Positions 36,653 through 47,049 are shown, counted from the first letter of the stretch. The stretch is DNA of 64,000 nucleotides from Alphaproteobacteria bacterium GM202ARS2 (GCA_014323835.1 JACONH010000002.1:59239-123238); one strand, 5' to 3'. Translations and numbers: made by a program. The notes: a model not told the origin generated them from the letters alone.

Positions 36653-36704
36653 GAGCTTAAGTTTTTATCTATGATGTGGTAAAGGGTGAGGGCGGGTTTC
36701 TGTT

Positions 36705-36777
36705 GACCCCATCGTCTAGAGGCCTAGGACACCGCCCTTTCACGGCGGCAACGCGGGTTCGAATCCCGCTGGGGTCG
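36705..36777 (+). tRNA. tRNA-Glu (anticodon UUC)
   Basis: GACCCCATCGTCTAGAGGCCTAGGACACCGCCCTTTCACGGCGGCAACGCGGGTTCGAATCCCGCTGGGGTCG closely resembles canonical bacterial tRNA-Glu. The anticodon loop is CTTTCAC. CCA is not encoded. Confidence 0.92.
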
Positions 36778-36829
36778 CGCCACCCCGCGGAGGGGTCGCG
36801 CCCTGTGGTGTTGGTTGAGGTTGAATGAG

Positions 36830-37669
36830 ATGACGCAAAGTGATTGGGCGTATGCTTCGGGGAAGTATGCGGGTGACGAGAATTTTCCGGTTGGTTCTTT
36901 TTTATTGCGGCGCGGGCATCGTTCGGCGGTTGCGTTGTATTATCGTTTTGCTCGTTTTAGTGATGACATTGCCGACCATGGTGGTCTTGCGGCGGCGGAC
37001 AAGATAAAGAAGTTGCGTTATTTGGACGATGCTTTATGTGGGCGTCATTATCATGAGGTGGCTGAGCCGGTGCGTTTGATGATGATTGAGCGTGGTATTC
37101 CGTTGCGTCATGCTCGTGATTTGTTGGTTGCGTTTCAGTTGGATGCGACCAAGCGGCGTTATCGTGATTGGGCGGATTTGCGTCATTATTGTTTACATTC
37201 GGCGGCGCCGGTGGGTCGTTTTGTTCTCGACTTACACGGCGAGGAGTCGGCGTTATATGGTTCTTCGGATGCTTTATGTAATGCGTTGCAGGTGATTAAT
37301 CACATTCAGGATTGTGTGAAGGACTATCGGGTTTTGCATCGTATTTATATGCCGAGTGTTTGGAGTCGAAGAGCGGGTGCGGATGAGAAGGCTTTGCTGG
37401 CGGGGCGGGCGGATAGGGCGTGGCGGCAGGTGTTCGATGAGGTGCTCCAGCATGTGGAGGTGTGGCTTGATGAGGCAGCTGTATTATCCACAGCGGTGCA
37501 ATCGCGCCGTTTGTCTATGGAGGTCGCGGTGGTGTATGCGGTGGCTCGCAGGCTGGTTAAAGCTTTGCGTAGCGAGCATCCGTTGGTTAAAAATATTGCT
37601 TTGAGTCGCTGGGCGTATGCCGGTTGCTTTGTTGAAGGCGTGCTACGGGGACGCAGGAGGGTCACGTGA
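36830..37669 (+). CDS. hpnC: squalene/phytoene synthase-family enzyme, HpnC-like
   Basis: It has the ENFPVGSFLL motif typical of HpnC and Asp-rich motifs (FSDDIAD, IQDCVKD). The ATG is at 36830; the track TTG is at 36815. Confidence 0.7.
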   Translation: MTQSDWAYASGKYAGDENFPVGSFLLRRGHRSAVALYYRFARFSDDIADHGGLAAADKIKKLRYLDDALCGRHYHEVAEPVRLMMIERGIPLRHARDLLVAFQLDATKRRYRDWADLRHYCLHSAAPVGRFVLDLHGEESALYGSSDALCNALQVINHIQDCVKDYRVLHRIYMPSVWSRRAGADEKALLAGRADRAWRQVFDEVLQHVEVWLDEAAVLSTAVQSRRLSMEVAVVYAVARRLVKALRSEHPLVKNIALSRWAYAGCFVEGVLRGRRRVT

Positions 37670-38640
37670 TGGATGCCAGTGCTGTTGTGGTTTTGATTGT
37701 TGGTGCAGTGTTGTCGGCACTTTTGTTTTGGTTGAAAGGGAGCATCGATATGCTTGGAAAAAAAGAGCATGGTTTACAGGTGCAAAAGGGTCTCGAGCAG
37801 TTTGCTTTGAGTCAACAGCAGTCGTTGAAGGGAATCGAGGAACGTATGACTGTGCTACAGAATTTGGCACAAGGCACGATTAAGGATTTATCGGGCGAGG
37901 TGCGGCAATTACAGAACTTGATGGATAATTCGCAGGCGCGTGGGGCATTTGGCGAGGCAAGTCTGGAAGCCTTAGTGAAAGACCAGCTGCCTGCTGGCTA
38001 TTATCAGTTTCAGCATCGTTTTAGCACGGGGGTGCGAGTCGATTGTTTGCTTAAATTTGATGCGCCGTTGGGTCCGTTGTCTATTGACTCGAAATTTCCA
38101 TTGATAGATTATCAGGCGGTAGCCGAGTGTAAGGATTCTGGCGAGCGTCCCCAGCTCTTAAAGCAGTTTGCGGCGAGGGTGCGTGAGCAAGTGCGGGCGG
38201 TGGCGGAAAAATATATTGTTGTCGGCGAGACCAGCGACCGTGCCTTAATGTTTGTGCCGAGCGAAGCGGTCTTCGTCATGCTCTATCGCGAGTGTGTTGG
38301 GGTTGTCGATGAAGCGCAACAAAAAAGAGTCTTCATTGTATCGCCAACGACATTATGGGCGATTTTGAATACCATGCGAGCGGTGCTTAAAAATGTTCGC
38401 ATGCAGGAGCAAGCGGCTCTCGTGCAAGACAAAGTTCAGGGGCTGTTACAGGATGTGCGGCGATTGGGTGAACGCAACGCAAAATTAAAAAGGCATTTCG
38501 ACGGGGCTGTAACGGCTTTACAGGAGATGGATACCAGCGTTGCTAAGATTGATAGGCAGGGCGATGATATTGTATCGTTGGAGCTGGGCGATGACACACA
38601 GGAACACCTAACGCACCGCAAGGATGGAGGTATAGGATGA
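37669..38640 (+). CDS. rmuC: DNA recombination protein RmuC
   Basis: It has an N-terminal TM helix, a coiled-coil and the RmuC nuclease-like core (VDCLLKF...SIDSKFPL...ALMFVPSEAVF). The start overlaps the hpnC stop. Confidence 0.85.
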   Translation: MDASAVVVLIVGAVLSALLFWLKGSIDMLGKKEHGLQVQKGLEQFALSQQQSLKGIEERMTVLQNLAQGTIKDLSGEVRQLQNLMDNSQARGAFGEASLEALVKDQLPAGYYQFQHRFSTGVRVDCLLKFDAPLGPLSIDSKFPLIDYQAVAECKDSGERPQLLKQFAARVREQVRAVAEKYIVVGETSDRALMFVPSEAVFVMLYRECVGVVDEAQQKRVFIVSPTTLWAILNTMRAVLKNVRMQEQAALVQDKVQGLLQDVRRLGERNAKLKRHFDGAVTALQEMDTSVAKIDRQGDDIVSLELGDDTQEHLTHRKDGGIG

Positions 38641-39866
38641 GACAGGTTTTTTTAATTGCCGTTGTGCTGATAATAACGGCGGGGCAGGTTATGGCGGAGG
38701 TTTCAGGCTTAGAGCCGCCGGGCACAGTGATACGTATTGATGTGGACTCGTTGCCAGAGCCGTATGATGAGCCAAGTCGAGCCAACAGCGCGGAACGCAT
38801 AACATGGAAAAGGGGTATGCTTCCGCGGGTGCCGAAGGGGTTTCGAGTCAATGTGTTTGCCGAAGGATTGGAGCATCCTCGCCGTTTGTTGGTGGATGAT
38901 AGGGGTAGCGTCTATGTTGCCGAGAGTGGTGCGGACAAAATCACGTATATACGTGATAACGATGGCGATGGCGTGGGCGAAGACGTGCGGATGTGTGCCG
39001 ATGATTTTGATACGCCCTATGGCATGGCGATACAGGATGGGTTTTTTTATGTTGCGGACGTAGACCATGTTTGGCGTTTGCCCCTGCCGTTGTGTCAGGC
39101 AGAGGAGCGGGTTGCCATGACGGCAGAAGGCGCGCTCGCCAGTGGCTGGGGGCATAGCACTCGCAACATTGCTTTCAGTGAGGATGGGCAAACGCTTTAT
39201 GTTGCGGTGGGCTCTCGTGGCAACATTGGTGTCGAAGACGAACCGCGGGCAACCATACGGGCGTTTGCCTTACAAGAAAACAGTCGCGACTACTGGACGT
39301 ATGCCTCAGGTTTACGCAACCCGGTGGGCTTGGTGATGCGCGACGGCGTGCTGTGGACGACGGTCAATGAGCGAGACGGATTGGGCGACCAACTGGTGCC
39401 GGATTATTTGGCTTCTGTTAACCAAGGTGACTTTTTTGGCTGGCCCTATACGTATCTTGGTGACTTTCCGCAACCTGGTCACTATGCCGACCGTCCGCGG
39501 GACAAGACTGTCCGCGTGCCTGAGGTGTTGTTTCGGTCGCACTCGGCACCGTTAGGGTTTGCGTTTTATGACGCACAGGCTTTTCCTTCCGAGTATCGCG
39601 GCGGTGCTTTTGTTGCGTTGCATGGCTCGTGGAATGCTATTGTGCCACAGGGCTATTTGGTTGCTTACGTGCCGTTTGTTGATGGCGCACCTGAGGGGTC
39701 GTATCAGGTCTTTATGAGTGGTTTTCGAGTCGATGATGACTTCAAAGTCGGTGACTCCGCGCACGTGTTCGGCAAGCCCGCTGATGTGGCGGTTGCTGTC
39801 GATGGGAGTCTTTTGATTGCTGATGATACCGCTGGCGTTATCTGGCGCGTGCAGTGGCAACCGTAA
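38637..39866 (+). CDS. PQQ-dependent sugar (glucose/sorbosone) dehydrogenase-family beta-propeller, periplasmic
   Basis: It has a signal peptide (VVLIITAGQVMA) and motifs typical of soluble aldose/sorbosone dehydrogenases (GLRNPVGL, NERDGLGDQLVPDY, GWPY, HGSWN). Confidence 0.8.
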   Translation: MRQVFLIAVVLIITAGQVMAEVSGLEPPGTVIRIDVDSLPEPYDEPSRANSAERITWKRGMLPRVPKGFRVNVFAEGLEHPRRLLVDDRGSVYVAESGADKITYIRDNDGDGVGEDVRMCADDFDTPYGMAIQDGFFYVADVDHVWRLPLPLCQAEERVAMTAEGALASGWGHSTRNIAFSEDGQTLYVAVGSRGNIGVEDEPRATIRAFALQENSRDYWTYASGLRNPVGLVMRDGVLWTTVNERDGLGDQLVPDYLASVNQGDFFGWPYTYLGDFPQPGHYADRPRDKTVRVPEVLFRSHSAPLGFAFYDAQAFPSEYRGGAFVALHGSWNAIVPQGYLVAYVPFVDGAPEGSYQVFMSGFRVDDDFKVGDSAHVFGKPADVAVAVDGSLLIADDTAGVIWRVQWQP

Positions 39867-39873
39867 AACGTCC

Positions 39874-41199
39874 CTAGAGGAACCAAATCCACGTTACGAG
39901 GATGAAAGGCGGGAACAAGATAGGCACCGACCACAGCATATAGCCGAGAAATGAAGGCATTTTGACCTTGCGTTCTTTGGCAACGGAAAAGACCAAAAAG
40001 TTGGGCGCATTGCCGATAAGGGTCAGCGCACCCATGAAGACGGCTCCAGCAGAAATAGCCAGTAACGTTGTGGGATTGGCAAGCAAGGTCTCGGCGCCGC
40101 CGGCAGCATTAAAGAACACAAGGTAAGTCGGCGCATTATCGAGAAACGCCGACAAAATACCGGTGAGCCAGAAATACGTTGCTTCTTTTGGAAACATGGT
40201 AAACAACGGATCCATCATCGCTGTGTTCGTTTTGAGGTAAGCGATGACCGGGATAATTGTAATGAAAATGCCAAAAAACAGCTTGGCGACTTCCTGCATC
40301 GGGAACCAGTTGAAATGATTGGCGACGCGTATCTCTTTTTCTGTCCATTTGAGAGAGATAAGCGTAAGGGCAATCATGCACAAGCCGCTGACGATGCGCA
40401 CGGCATTGAATTCCACTCCGAAGAGGCTTGCCCTGCCGAGAGTCTCGATAAGGTAATCGATTCCGCTGAGCAGGACAACGAAAATGACCATAAGCAACAA
40501 AAGTAGGTTTTGTAAGCCTTGCACCTGTAGTTTTTGTGTGAGATGGGGCGGTTTGATTTTGACGGACGGGTCTTCGAGGCGATAGTAATAGCTATCGAGG
40601 AACCAGAAGGCAACAAGCAGAATAATGGAGACAAACAGCATGGGGAGGAACATGTGTTCTGTGGGCCAGAAGAAGGGGATACCGTTGAGGAAGCCAAGAA
40701 ACAGGGGTGGGTCGCCCAAGGGCGTCAGGGAGCCGCCGATGTTGGCAACCAAAAAGACAAAAAAGATAATGATGTGCGTTTTATGTTGACGGTGCTCGTT
40801 GGTGGCAATGAGGGGGCGGATAAGGAGCATGGCAGCACCGGTGGTGCCAATCCAGCTGGCAATGACCGTGCCGAACGTGAGAAAAAGCGTGTTGACCGCA
40901 GGTGTGGGCATAAAGTTGCCTTGCAGACGGATACCGCCGCTAATGGTATAAAGTGCCGTTAGGATAATCGTAAATGGTAGGTAGTCGAGAAGCAGAATAT
41001 GAAAAATTTCGTGGAAGGAGGTGGCGAAGCCAAATTGGTACGTAAAGGGAATAGCAAACAGCAGAGTCCATGCGATGGTGATTTTGCCGAAATGCTCGTG
41101 CCAGAAAGTCGCGTTGACGAGCGGAAAAATCGCAATAGATAGAAGAAGGCCTAGAAAAGGAATGCCCCAATAGAGGGAATCGATGATAAGGGGAGTCAT
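39874..41199 (-). CDS. ArsB/NhaD-superfamily permease (annotated in databases as sodium:proton antiporter-like)
   Basis: 441 aa, polytopic, about 11-12 TM segments. The family resemblance is from memory and the substrate is uncertain. Confidence 0.65.
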   Translation of the reverse strand: MTPLIIDSLYWGIPFLGLLLSIAIFPLVNATFWHEHFGKITIAWTLLFAIPFTYQFGFATSFHEIFHILLLDYLPFTIILTALYTISGGIRLQGNFMPTPAVNTLFLTFGTVIASWIGTTGAAMLLIRPLIATNEHRQHKTHIIIFFVFLVANIGGSLTPLGDPPLFLGFLNGIPFFWPTEHMFLPMLFVSIILLVAFWFLDSYYYRLEDPSVKIKPPHLTQKLQVQGLQNLLLLLMVIFVVLLSGIDYLIETLGRASLFGVEFNAVRIVSGLCMIALTLISLKWTEKEIRVANHFNWFPMQEVAKLFFGIFITIIPVIAYLKTNTAMMDPLFTMFPKEATYFWLTGILSAFLDNAPTYLVFFNAAGGAETLLANPTTLLAISAGAVFMGALTLIGNAPNFLVFSVAKERKVKMPSFLGYMLWSVPILFPPFILVTWIWFL

Positions 41200-41294
41200 A
41201 GTAAAGTCTCTTGTGTGTTGACGTTGATAGGGGTATGACGTTTGAGAACCTAACGTAAGTTTTCTAAGGTAGTTTTATAGGGATACCGTCTATC

Positions 41295-42740
41295 ATGCAA
41301 CGTTCGCGTAAAACGAAAATTATTGCGACTTTGGGGCCTGCCTCGTCGGATTATGAGGTCATACGGAAGCTGTTCGAGAAGGGCGTTGATGTTTTTCGTC
41401 TGAACTTTAGTCATGGCAGTTATGACGAGCACAAGAAGCGTTATGAGATTATTCGTGCTCTTGAGCGAGAGAAGAATCATAGCATTGGTATTATGGTTGA
41501 TTTGCAGGGCCCGAAGTTGCGTTTGGGTCGTTTTGGGTCTTCGCAGGTTTTTTTGCAGTCGGGGGAATCGTTTCGTTTTGATAGTGATGAGTCGGATGGC
41601 GATGAGACTCGTGTGTATTTTCCGCATGAGGATGTTTTGTCGGCTTGTGAGGTGGGTCAGGACATTTTATTGGATGATGGCAAGTTGCGTTTGTCGGTGC
41701 GAGACAAGGGTAAGGGGTATGTGGATACGCAGGTGTTGATTGGCGGTGCGTTATCATCGAACAAGGGTGTGAGCTTTGTTGGGTCGAGTATTTTGCGTTC
41801 GGCTTTGACGGAAAAGGATCAGGCGGATTTTGCTTTTGCTATGACGTTGGATGTGGATTGGGTCGCCTTGTCTTTTGTTCAGCGGGCGGAGGATGTGGAG
41901 CGAGTGCGGGCGATGTTGCCATCGGGGTGTTGCACCCATATTTTGACGAAAATGGAAAATCAGTTGGCTATTGACAATCTCGAGTCGATTATTGCGGTAT
42001 CGGATGCGGTCATGGTTGCCAGAGGCGACTTAGGCGTGGAGTTGCCCCCTGAGGTTGTGCCGATTCAGCAGAAGCGTATTATCCGTATGTGTCGTCGTAT
42101 GGGTTGTCCTGTTGTTGTTGCGACTCACATGTTGGATTCTATGGTGCATGCGCCGTCGCCGACTCGGGCGGAGGCATCGGATGTTGCAACCGCAGTGTAT
42201 GATGGCGCGGATGCTGTGACGTTATCGGCAGAATCGGCGGTGGGACGTTATCCTGTTGAGTCGGTTCGGATGATGGAGCGCATCATTATGTCGGTGGAAG
42301 GCGATTCGGGCTATCGCTCTGTTATGGAGAGCTGGCATCCGCCGCCGCAGCCGACAATGGCTGATGCCATTAGTTTGTCCGCGGCTCATGCTGCGACGAC
42401 GTTGCAGGCAGCTGCTGTGGTTACGTATACGGAGTCGGGCTCGACGGCGCGTCTTGCGTCGAGAGAACGCTCTGTCGTTGGTATTTTGGGTATCACAACA
42501 AAAAAGACGACGGCGCGCCAGCTGTCTATGGTTTGGGGAGTCTATTGTGTCATTGCTAAAGCCTTACGGAGCGTCAACCAGATGGTGGAAGAAGCATGTC
42601 AAGTGGCTTTGAAGGAAAAGATAGCGTCTATTGGCGATGTTGTGGTGATTACGGCGGGGATACCTTTTGGCACGGCGGGCTCGACCAACATGATGCGTAT
42701 TGCCAGATTGAAGGCTTTGGACAAAGTGAAGAGGCCCTAG
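41295..42740 (+). CDS. pyk: pyruvate kinase
   Basis: It has RKTKIIATLGPAS, NFSHG and MVARGDLGVE motifs. Confidence 0.95.
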   Translation: MQRSRKTKIIATLGPASSDYEVIRKLFEKGVDVFRLNFSHGSYDEHKKRYEIIRALEREKNHSIGIMVDLQGPKLRLGRFGSSQVFLQSGESFRFDSDESDGDETRVYFPHEDVLSACEVGQDILLDDGKLRLSVRDKGKGYVDTQVLIGGALSSNKGVSFVGSSILRSALTEKDQADFAFAMTLDVDWVALSFVQRAEDVERVRAMLPSGCCTHILTKMENQLAIDNLESIIAVSDAVMVARGDLGVELPPEVVPIQQKRIIRMCRRMGCPVVVATHMLDSMVHAPSPTRAEASDVATAVYDGADAVTLSAESAVGRYPVESVRMMERIIMSVEGDSGYRSVMESWHPPPQPTMADAISLSAAHAATTLQAAAVVTYTESGSTARLASRERSVVGILGITTKKTTARQLSMVWGVYCVIAKALRSVNQMVEEACQVALKEKIASIGDVVVITAGIPFGTAGSTNMMRIARLKALDKVKRP

Positions 42741-43510
42741 ATGAAGTTATGTTCACGCATGCTGTAGACGCCTTGCGAGCCAATAATGATGTGATCTTGT
42801 AGCGTGATATCGAACAGCTTGAGGGCAAGGTCGATGTCTTTTGTCATACGAATATCGGCAGGGGATGGTTCCGTATCGCCGCTTGGGTGGTTGTGAGCAA
42901 TAATGACGCCAAGGGCTTCTCGCAGCAAGGCTTGTAGGGTAATGGCACGAATACTTGTTGCGATGTAGGCGGGGTCGTTGATTGTGACGTCAATTTCGAA
43001 GGAGCAATAGGGGCTGTCTCGAGAGATGATGTGATTTTTGCTATCGAGAAAAAAGATTTTGAGACACTCTCGGCTTTTATAGCCGATGGTCGAGCGGAGA
43101 TAGCGCACCAATTCTTCTTGTGAGCTGATGGTGGGTTTGTTTTTGATTCCTTCCCAGACGGTTCGATGGATGAGTTCGCTCACGAGGCGGATGAGGGCGA
43201 TATAGAGGGGCGGCTCGTTGCGCTTTTTGGGCATCGGTTTGTTGCCGTAGCGTTCGATGAGCAGTTGGTTATGGTCACTTTGGAAGAGCTTATTGAAGCT
43301 TTTGTCGTGATGGTGGAACAGGTTTTTTGCCTGTAGTTTGGTGTCTTTTTGTGGGATGGCAAAGTGCAAGAGCATCTCGATGAGTTCATAATCACCGAGC
43401 ATGCTTGGGTTCTCGAGAAGTCTTTGTCGTAATCTTTCTCGGTGTCCTAAGAGGGGATTTTTGTTAGCCTTGCCGTGCTTTGAAGCGAGGCTGGGTTTTG
43501 TTGATGACAT
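42737..43510 (-). CDS. radC: RadC-family JAB-domain protein (UPF0758)
   Basis: It has the [12 protein letters not shown]-terminal motif and the JAMM-like HNHPSG motif. The first ATG that retains the conserved N-terminus is at 43510, which overlaps the rpmJ 3' end by 47 nt. Confidence 0.8.
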   Translation of the reverse strand: MSSTKPSLASKHGKANKNPLLGHRERLRQRLLENPSMLGDYELIEMLLHFAIPQKDTKLQAKNLFHHHDKSFNKLFQSDHNQLLIERYGNKPMPKKRNEPPLYIALIRLVSELIHRTVWEGIKNKPTISSQEELVRYLRSTIGYKSRECLKIFFLDSKNHIISRDSPYCSFEIDVTINDPAYIATSIRAITLQALLREALGVIIAHNHPSGDTEPSPADIRMTKDIDLALKLFDITLQDHIIIGSQGVYSMREHNFI

Positions 43511-43589
43511 AGACTCGGCCCTTGCGGCGCACAACGCGACACGCACGATGACGCTTCTTGGCGGCTTTGAGGGAATTGCGCACTTTCAT
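43464..43589 (-). CDS. rpmJ: 50S ribosomal protein L36
   Basis: The 41-aa sequence is [41 protein letters not shown]. The track ORF (70 aa) includes an unsupported upstream extension. Confidence 0.92.
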   Translation of the reverse strand: MKVRNSLKAAKKRHRACRVVRRKGRVYVINKTQPRFKARQG

Positions 43590-43672
43590 AGTGGGTCTCC
43601 TTACAGGTATGCTCTTCGCAGTGTTTTTTTCAAAGGGGCACGGCTTATTGTAGCCTTTTTCTGGCAAGGGTG

Positions 43673-44464
43673 TCAAGACGTGTAGGGGGGGTAGTGGTAG
43701 TTTTTAGGCGACAACGTGAAAATTTGGCAGCCCTCCTCGGTGATGCCGATGGTGTGTTCGAATTGTGCCGATAGGGAGCGGTCTTTTGTGACGGCAGTCC
43801 AGCCGTCTTGTAGGATTTTGACGTCTTTTTTGCCGGCGTTGACCATAGGCTCGATGGTGAAGAACATGCCTGGTTTGAGGACGGTGCCATTTTTGGGTCT
43901 GCCGTAGTGTAGGATTTGTGGGGAGTCGTGGAAGACTCGTCCGATTCCGTGTCCGCAGAATTCTCGCACGACCGAGAATCTGTTTTTTTCTACGTGGCTT
44001 TGGATGGCGTAGCCGATATCGCCCAGGGTGTTGTCGGGTTTTGCTGCTTCAATGCCGAGCATCAGGGCTTGATAGGTGGTATCGATGAGGCGTTGGGCTT
44101 TGATACTGGGTTTGCCGATGACGAACATGCGTGAGCTATCGCCATGCCATCCGTTGTAAATGACGGTGATGTCGATATTGAGGATATCGCCGTTTTTGAG
44201 GACTCGTTTGCTGGGGATGCCGTGGCAGACAACGTGATTGATAGAGGTGCAAATCGATTTGGGATAGCCTTGATAGTTGAGGGGTGCGGGGATAGCCCCG
44301 TGTTGGGTGATGAATTGGTGGCATTGAGCATCGATGTCTTCGGTGGTGGCATCAGGTTGAACGAAAGGCGTGATATAGTCGAGACAAGTCGCACAGAGTC
44401 GACCTGCCTCTGCCATGTGTTGGAAGTCTTGGGGTTGGTGGATAGGGATATGAGCGGAAGGCAT
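43673..44464 (-). CDS. map: type I methionine aminopeptidase
   Basis: It has metal-ligand motifs ([34 protein letters not shown]). The start is at the ATG at 44464 (MPSAHIPIH...). The track extension would overlap sfsA. Confidence 0.9.
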   Translation of the reverse strand: MPSAHIPIHQPQDFQHMAEAGRLCATCLDYITPFVQPDATTEDIDAQCHQFITQHGAIPAPLNYQGYPKSICTSINHVVCHGIPSKRVLKNGDILNIDITVIYNGWHGDSSRMFVIGKPSIKAQRLIDTTYQALMLGIEAAKPDNTLGDIGYAIQSHVEKNRFSVVREFCGHGIGRVFHDSPQILHYGRPKNGTVLKPGMFFTIEPMVNAGKKDVKILQDGWTAVTKDRSLSAQFEHTIGITEEGCQIFTLSPKNYHYPPYTS

Positions 44465-44465
44465 G

Positions 44466-45227
44466 TTACAGGAGAATAGGTAGAGCGTTGCGTAGGGTAA
44501 TGCTCTGTGGCGAGAGCTGACAGTCATAAGCATAAATCTGTGTGCCGCAACGATGAGCGTGCCGCAAAGCCTCTCCATATTTTGCGTCGATGGCATCGGC
44601 GGGACAAAAGGCTTGGCAATCGCTGCGTTGCACAACGAACAGCACGGCCGTGTTGAGCCCCTGTTCTGCCATGTCAGCAAGCACGCGCATGTGACGTTGC
44701 CCGCGAGTTGTTATAGAATCAGGGAAAGACGCATAAGCTTGTGGTGTTGGTGCGCGCATGGTTACATTTTTGACTTCGAGATAGCAGGGTGGCGTATTGC
44801 CGTTGCTGAGCACAAAGTCCACACGCATGGTTTCGGTGGGGGTTTCGGTGGGGGTATCAGTGGGTTTTTTTGTGGGGGATTTAAGGGAGACTTCTCGTTT
44901 TAGGGTTGGGTAGTGGGCAAAAGGCTCTAGGGTTTGGCGGGCGAGGGCATCGGCAACGATGGCGTTGGCGTTGAGGGTATTGATGCCGACAAGGGAGTGC
45001 TGTGTTTCGGTGAGTTGCCACTGCCAAGCCAGCTTGCTTTTTGGGTTGTGCTGCCTGGACAGCCAGATGGTGCTGTTGGGTTCGGCAACGCCGAGCATCG
45101 AGCCCGGGTTGGGGCAATGTGCCGTTATTTGTTGCGGTTTCTCGTGTATGTTTATGTTAACATCTGCGAGAAAACGTTTATAACGTTGAAGCAGGTGTCC
45201 TGGTATGAGGGGGTCTCGAAATTGCAT
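44466..45227 (-). CDS. sfsA: sugar fermentation stimulation protein SfsA (nuclease-fold DNA-binding)
   Basis: It has RYKRFLADV, HCPNPGSM and FVEVKNVT-like (YLEVKNVT) motifs. Confidence 0.85.
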   Translation of the reverse strand: MQFRDPLIPGHLLQRYKRFLADVNINIHEKPQQITAHCPNPGSMLGVAEPNSTIWLSRQHNPKSKLAWQWQLTETQHSLVGINTLNANAIVADALARQTLEPFAHYPTLKREVSLKSPTKKPTDTPTETPTETMRVDFVLSNGNTPPCYLEVKNVTMRAPTPQAYASFPDSITTRGQRHMRVLADMAEQGLNTAVLFVVQRSDCQAFCPADAIDAKYGEALRHAHRCGTQIYAYDCQLSPQSITLRNALPILL

Positions 45228-45243
45228 TGTTCGTAGGGTTGTG

Positions 45244-46029
45244 ATGACAGAGCAGAATCATAAGGAAAGTCGCACGCGGGACGTGCATGCTGCTGCCCTT
45301 ATCGTTGGCAACGAGATTTTATCAGGGCGGACGCAAGATAAGAACATTTTTTTTATTGCCGAAACGTTGCATGCTCATGGCATTGTTTTGTCGGAGGTGC
45401 GCATCGTCGAAGATGACGAGGCAGCCATTACGGAGGCGGTGACGATTTTGCGTTTTCGTTATGATTATGTGTTGATGACGGGGGGCATTGGACCAACCCA
45501 CGATGATCGGACGTCTGTTGCGGTGGCGCGTGCGTTTTGTTGTCCTTTGGTCTGTGATGAGGAGGCGTTGGCGCGTTTGCGTCACCACTATGGCGAGCGT
45601 TTGAACGAATCCCGCAAAAAAATGGCTTATGTCCCGAAAGGGAGCGTATTGATTGATAATCCTATTAGTCATGCCCCGGGCTATCGTATGGGCAATGTTT
45701 TGGTTATGGCGGGTGTGCCGCTTATCATGCAGGCAATGTTGCGTGGCGTGGTCGGCAGCTTGCGGGGCGGACGAGTCATGCACTCGACATCCTTAGCCTG
45801 TGCCTGTGCCGAAGGAGACATCGCCCCTATCCTAGACGACCACCAAAAACGCCACCACGATATCGATATCGGCAGCTATCCGTGGTTCACTTCGAAGGAC
45901 TTGGGCGTTAATGTGGTGTTGCGCGGCTACGACAGCAAAGGGCTTGTGCACGTAACCCAGTCATTGCAGAAGGCTCTTACAGAACAAGGCTATGACGTCA
46001 AACAGTATAAACGTGGTGATTCAACATGA
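45244..46029 (+). CDS. CinA-like molybdopterin-binding (MoCF_biosynth) domain protein
   Basis: AALIVGNEILSGRTQDKN...TGGIGPTHDD is typical of the CinA N-terminal domain. The ATG is at 45244. Confidence 0.8.
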   Translation: MTEQNHKESRTRDVHAAALIVGNEILSGRTQDKNIFFIAETLHAHGIVLSEVRIVEDDEAAITEAVTILRFRYDYVLMTGGIGPTHDDRTSVAVARAFCCPLVCDEEALARLRHHYGERLNESRKKMAYVPKGSVLIDNPISHAPGYRMGNVLVMAGVPLIMQAMLRGVVGSLRGGRVMHSTSLACACAEGDIAPILDDHQKRHHDIDIGSYPWFTSKDLGVNVVLRGYDSKGLVHVTQSLQKALTEQGYDVKQYKRGDST

Positions 46030-47036
46030 GCGTAAAGGTTGCGATTAACGGTTTTGGGCGTATTGGACGACTGGTGTTTCGAGCATGGCTCGAGCGTCAG
46101 AAGACTCCTTTCAATATTGTTGCGATTAATGACTTGGGCGATGCACCTAGTCTTGTCCATCTTTTACGTTATGACAGCGTGCATGGTGCTGTTGCGGACG
46201 AGCTGAGTTTGTCTGGCGATACGTTGACGACTTCTCGTGGCTCTGTTCGTTTTTTGCAGCAGGGCGTTGCGAGTGATTTGCCGTGGCGCGATTGGGGCAT
46301 CGATATTGTTTTAGAGTGTAGTGGTCGTTTTACGTCTCGAGACAAGGCTTCTGCCCATCTTGCTGCGGGTGCCCGTGCCGTTTTAGTTTCGGCTCCTTGC
46401 ACGGATGCCGATTTAACTGTGGTGTATGGTATCAATCACGATACCGTGACAAAAGACCATCAGGTTGTTTCTAATGCTTCGTGTACGACCAATTGCCTTG
46501 TGCCTGTGGTTCATCTTCTCGACCAGCACTTTGGTTTTGAGCGAGGCTATATGACGACCATTCACTCGTATACGGGTGACCAGTCGCCTGTGGATACGTG
46601 GCATAAGGACTTGCGTCGGGCGCGGGCGGCGGCGTTGTCGATGATTCCGACAACGAGCGGGGCTGCTCGTGCGGTCAAATTGGTGTTGCCCCACCTCGAT
46701 GGTAAGCTGGATGGTTGTGCAGTGCGAGTGCCGACCGCAAATGTTTCTCTGGTGGATTTGACGTTTACGGCAGAAAAGTCTCTTACTTGTGAGGCGATGA
46801 ATGATGTTATGAGCCAAGCTGCACAGAGCTCCCTTAGGGGCGTTTTGGCATACAACGACTTGCCTTTGGTATCGGTGGACTTCAATCATCACGCTGCCAG
46901 TTCGATTTTTGATGCGACACAGACGCAAGTGGTAGACGGACGATTAGGGCGCGTGGTGGCGTGGTATGACAACGAGTGGGGCTTTTCTAATCGTATGCTC
47001 GATAGCGCGGGCGTTTTGGCGGGTGTCGTTACGTAA
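46026..47036 (+). CDS. gap: glyceraldehyde-3-phosphate dehydrogenase (type I)
   Basis: It has INGFGRIGR and the catalytic SNASCTTNC motif. Confidence 0.95.
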   Translation: MSVKVAINGFGRIGRLVFRAWLERQKTPFNIVAINDLGDAPSLVHLLRYDSVHGAVADELSLSGDTLTTSRGSVRFLQQGVASDLPWRDWGIDIVLECSGRFTSRDKASAHLAAGARAVLVSAPCTDADLTVVYGINHDTVTKDHQVVSNASCTTNCLVPVVHLLDQHFGFERGYMTTIHSYTGDQSPVDTWHKDLRRARAAALSMIPTTSGAARAVKLVLPHLDGKLDGCAVRVPTANVSLVDLTFTAEKSLTCEAMNDVMSQAAQSSLRGVLAYNDLPLVSVDFNHHAASSIFDATQTQVVDGRLGRVVAWYDNEWGFSNRMLDSAGVLAGVVT

Positions 47037-47049
47037 GGAGAGTGTCGGC

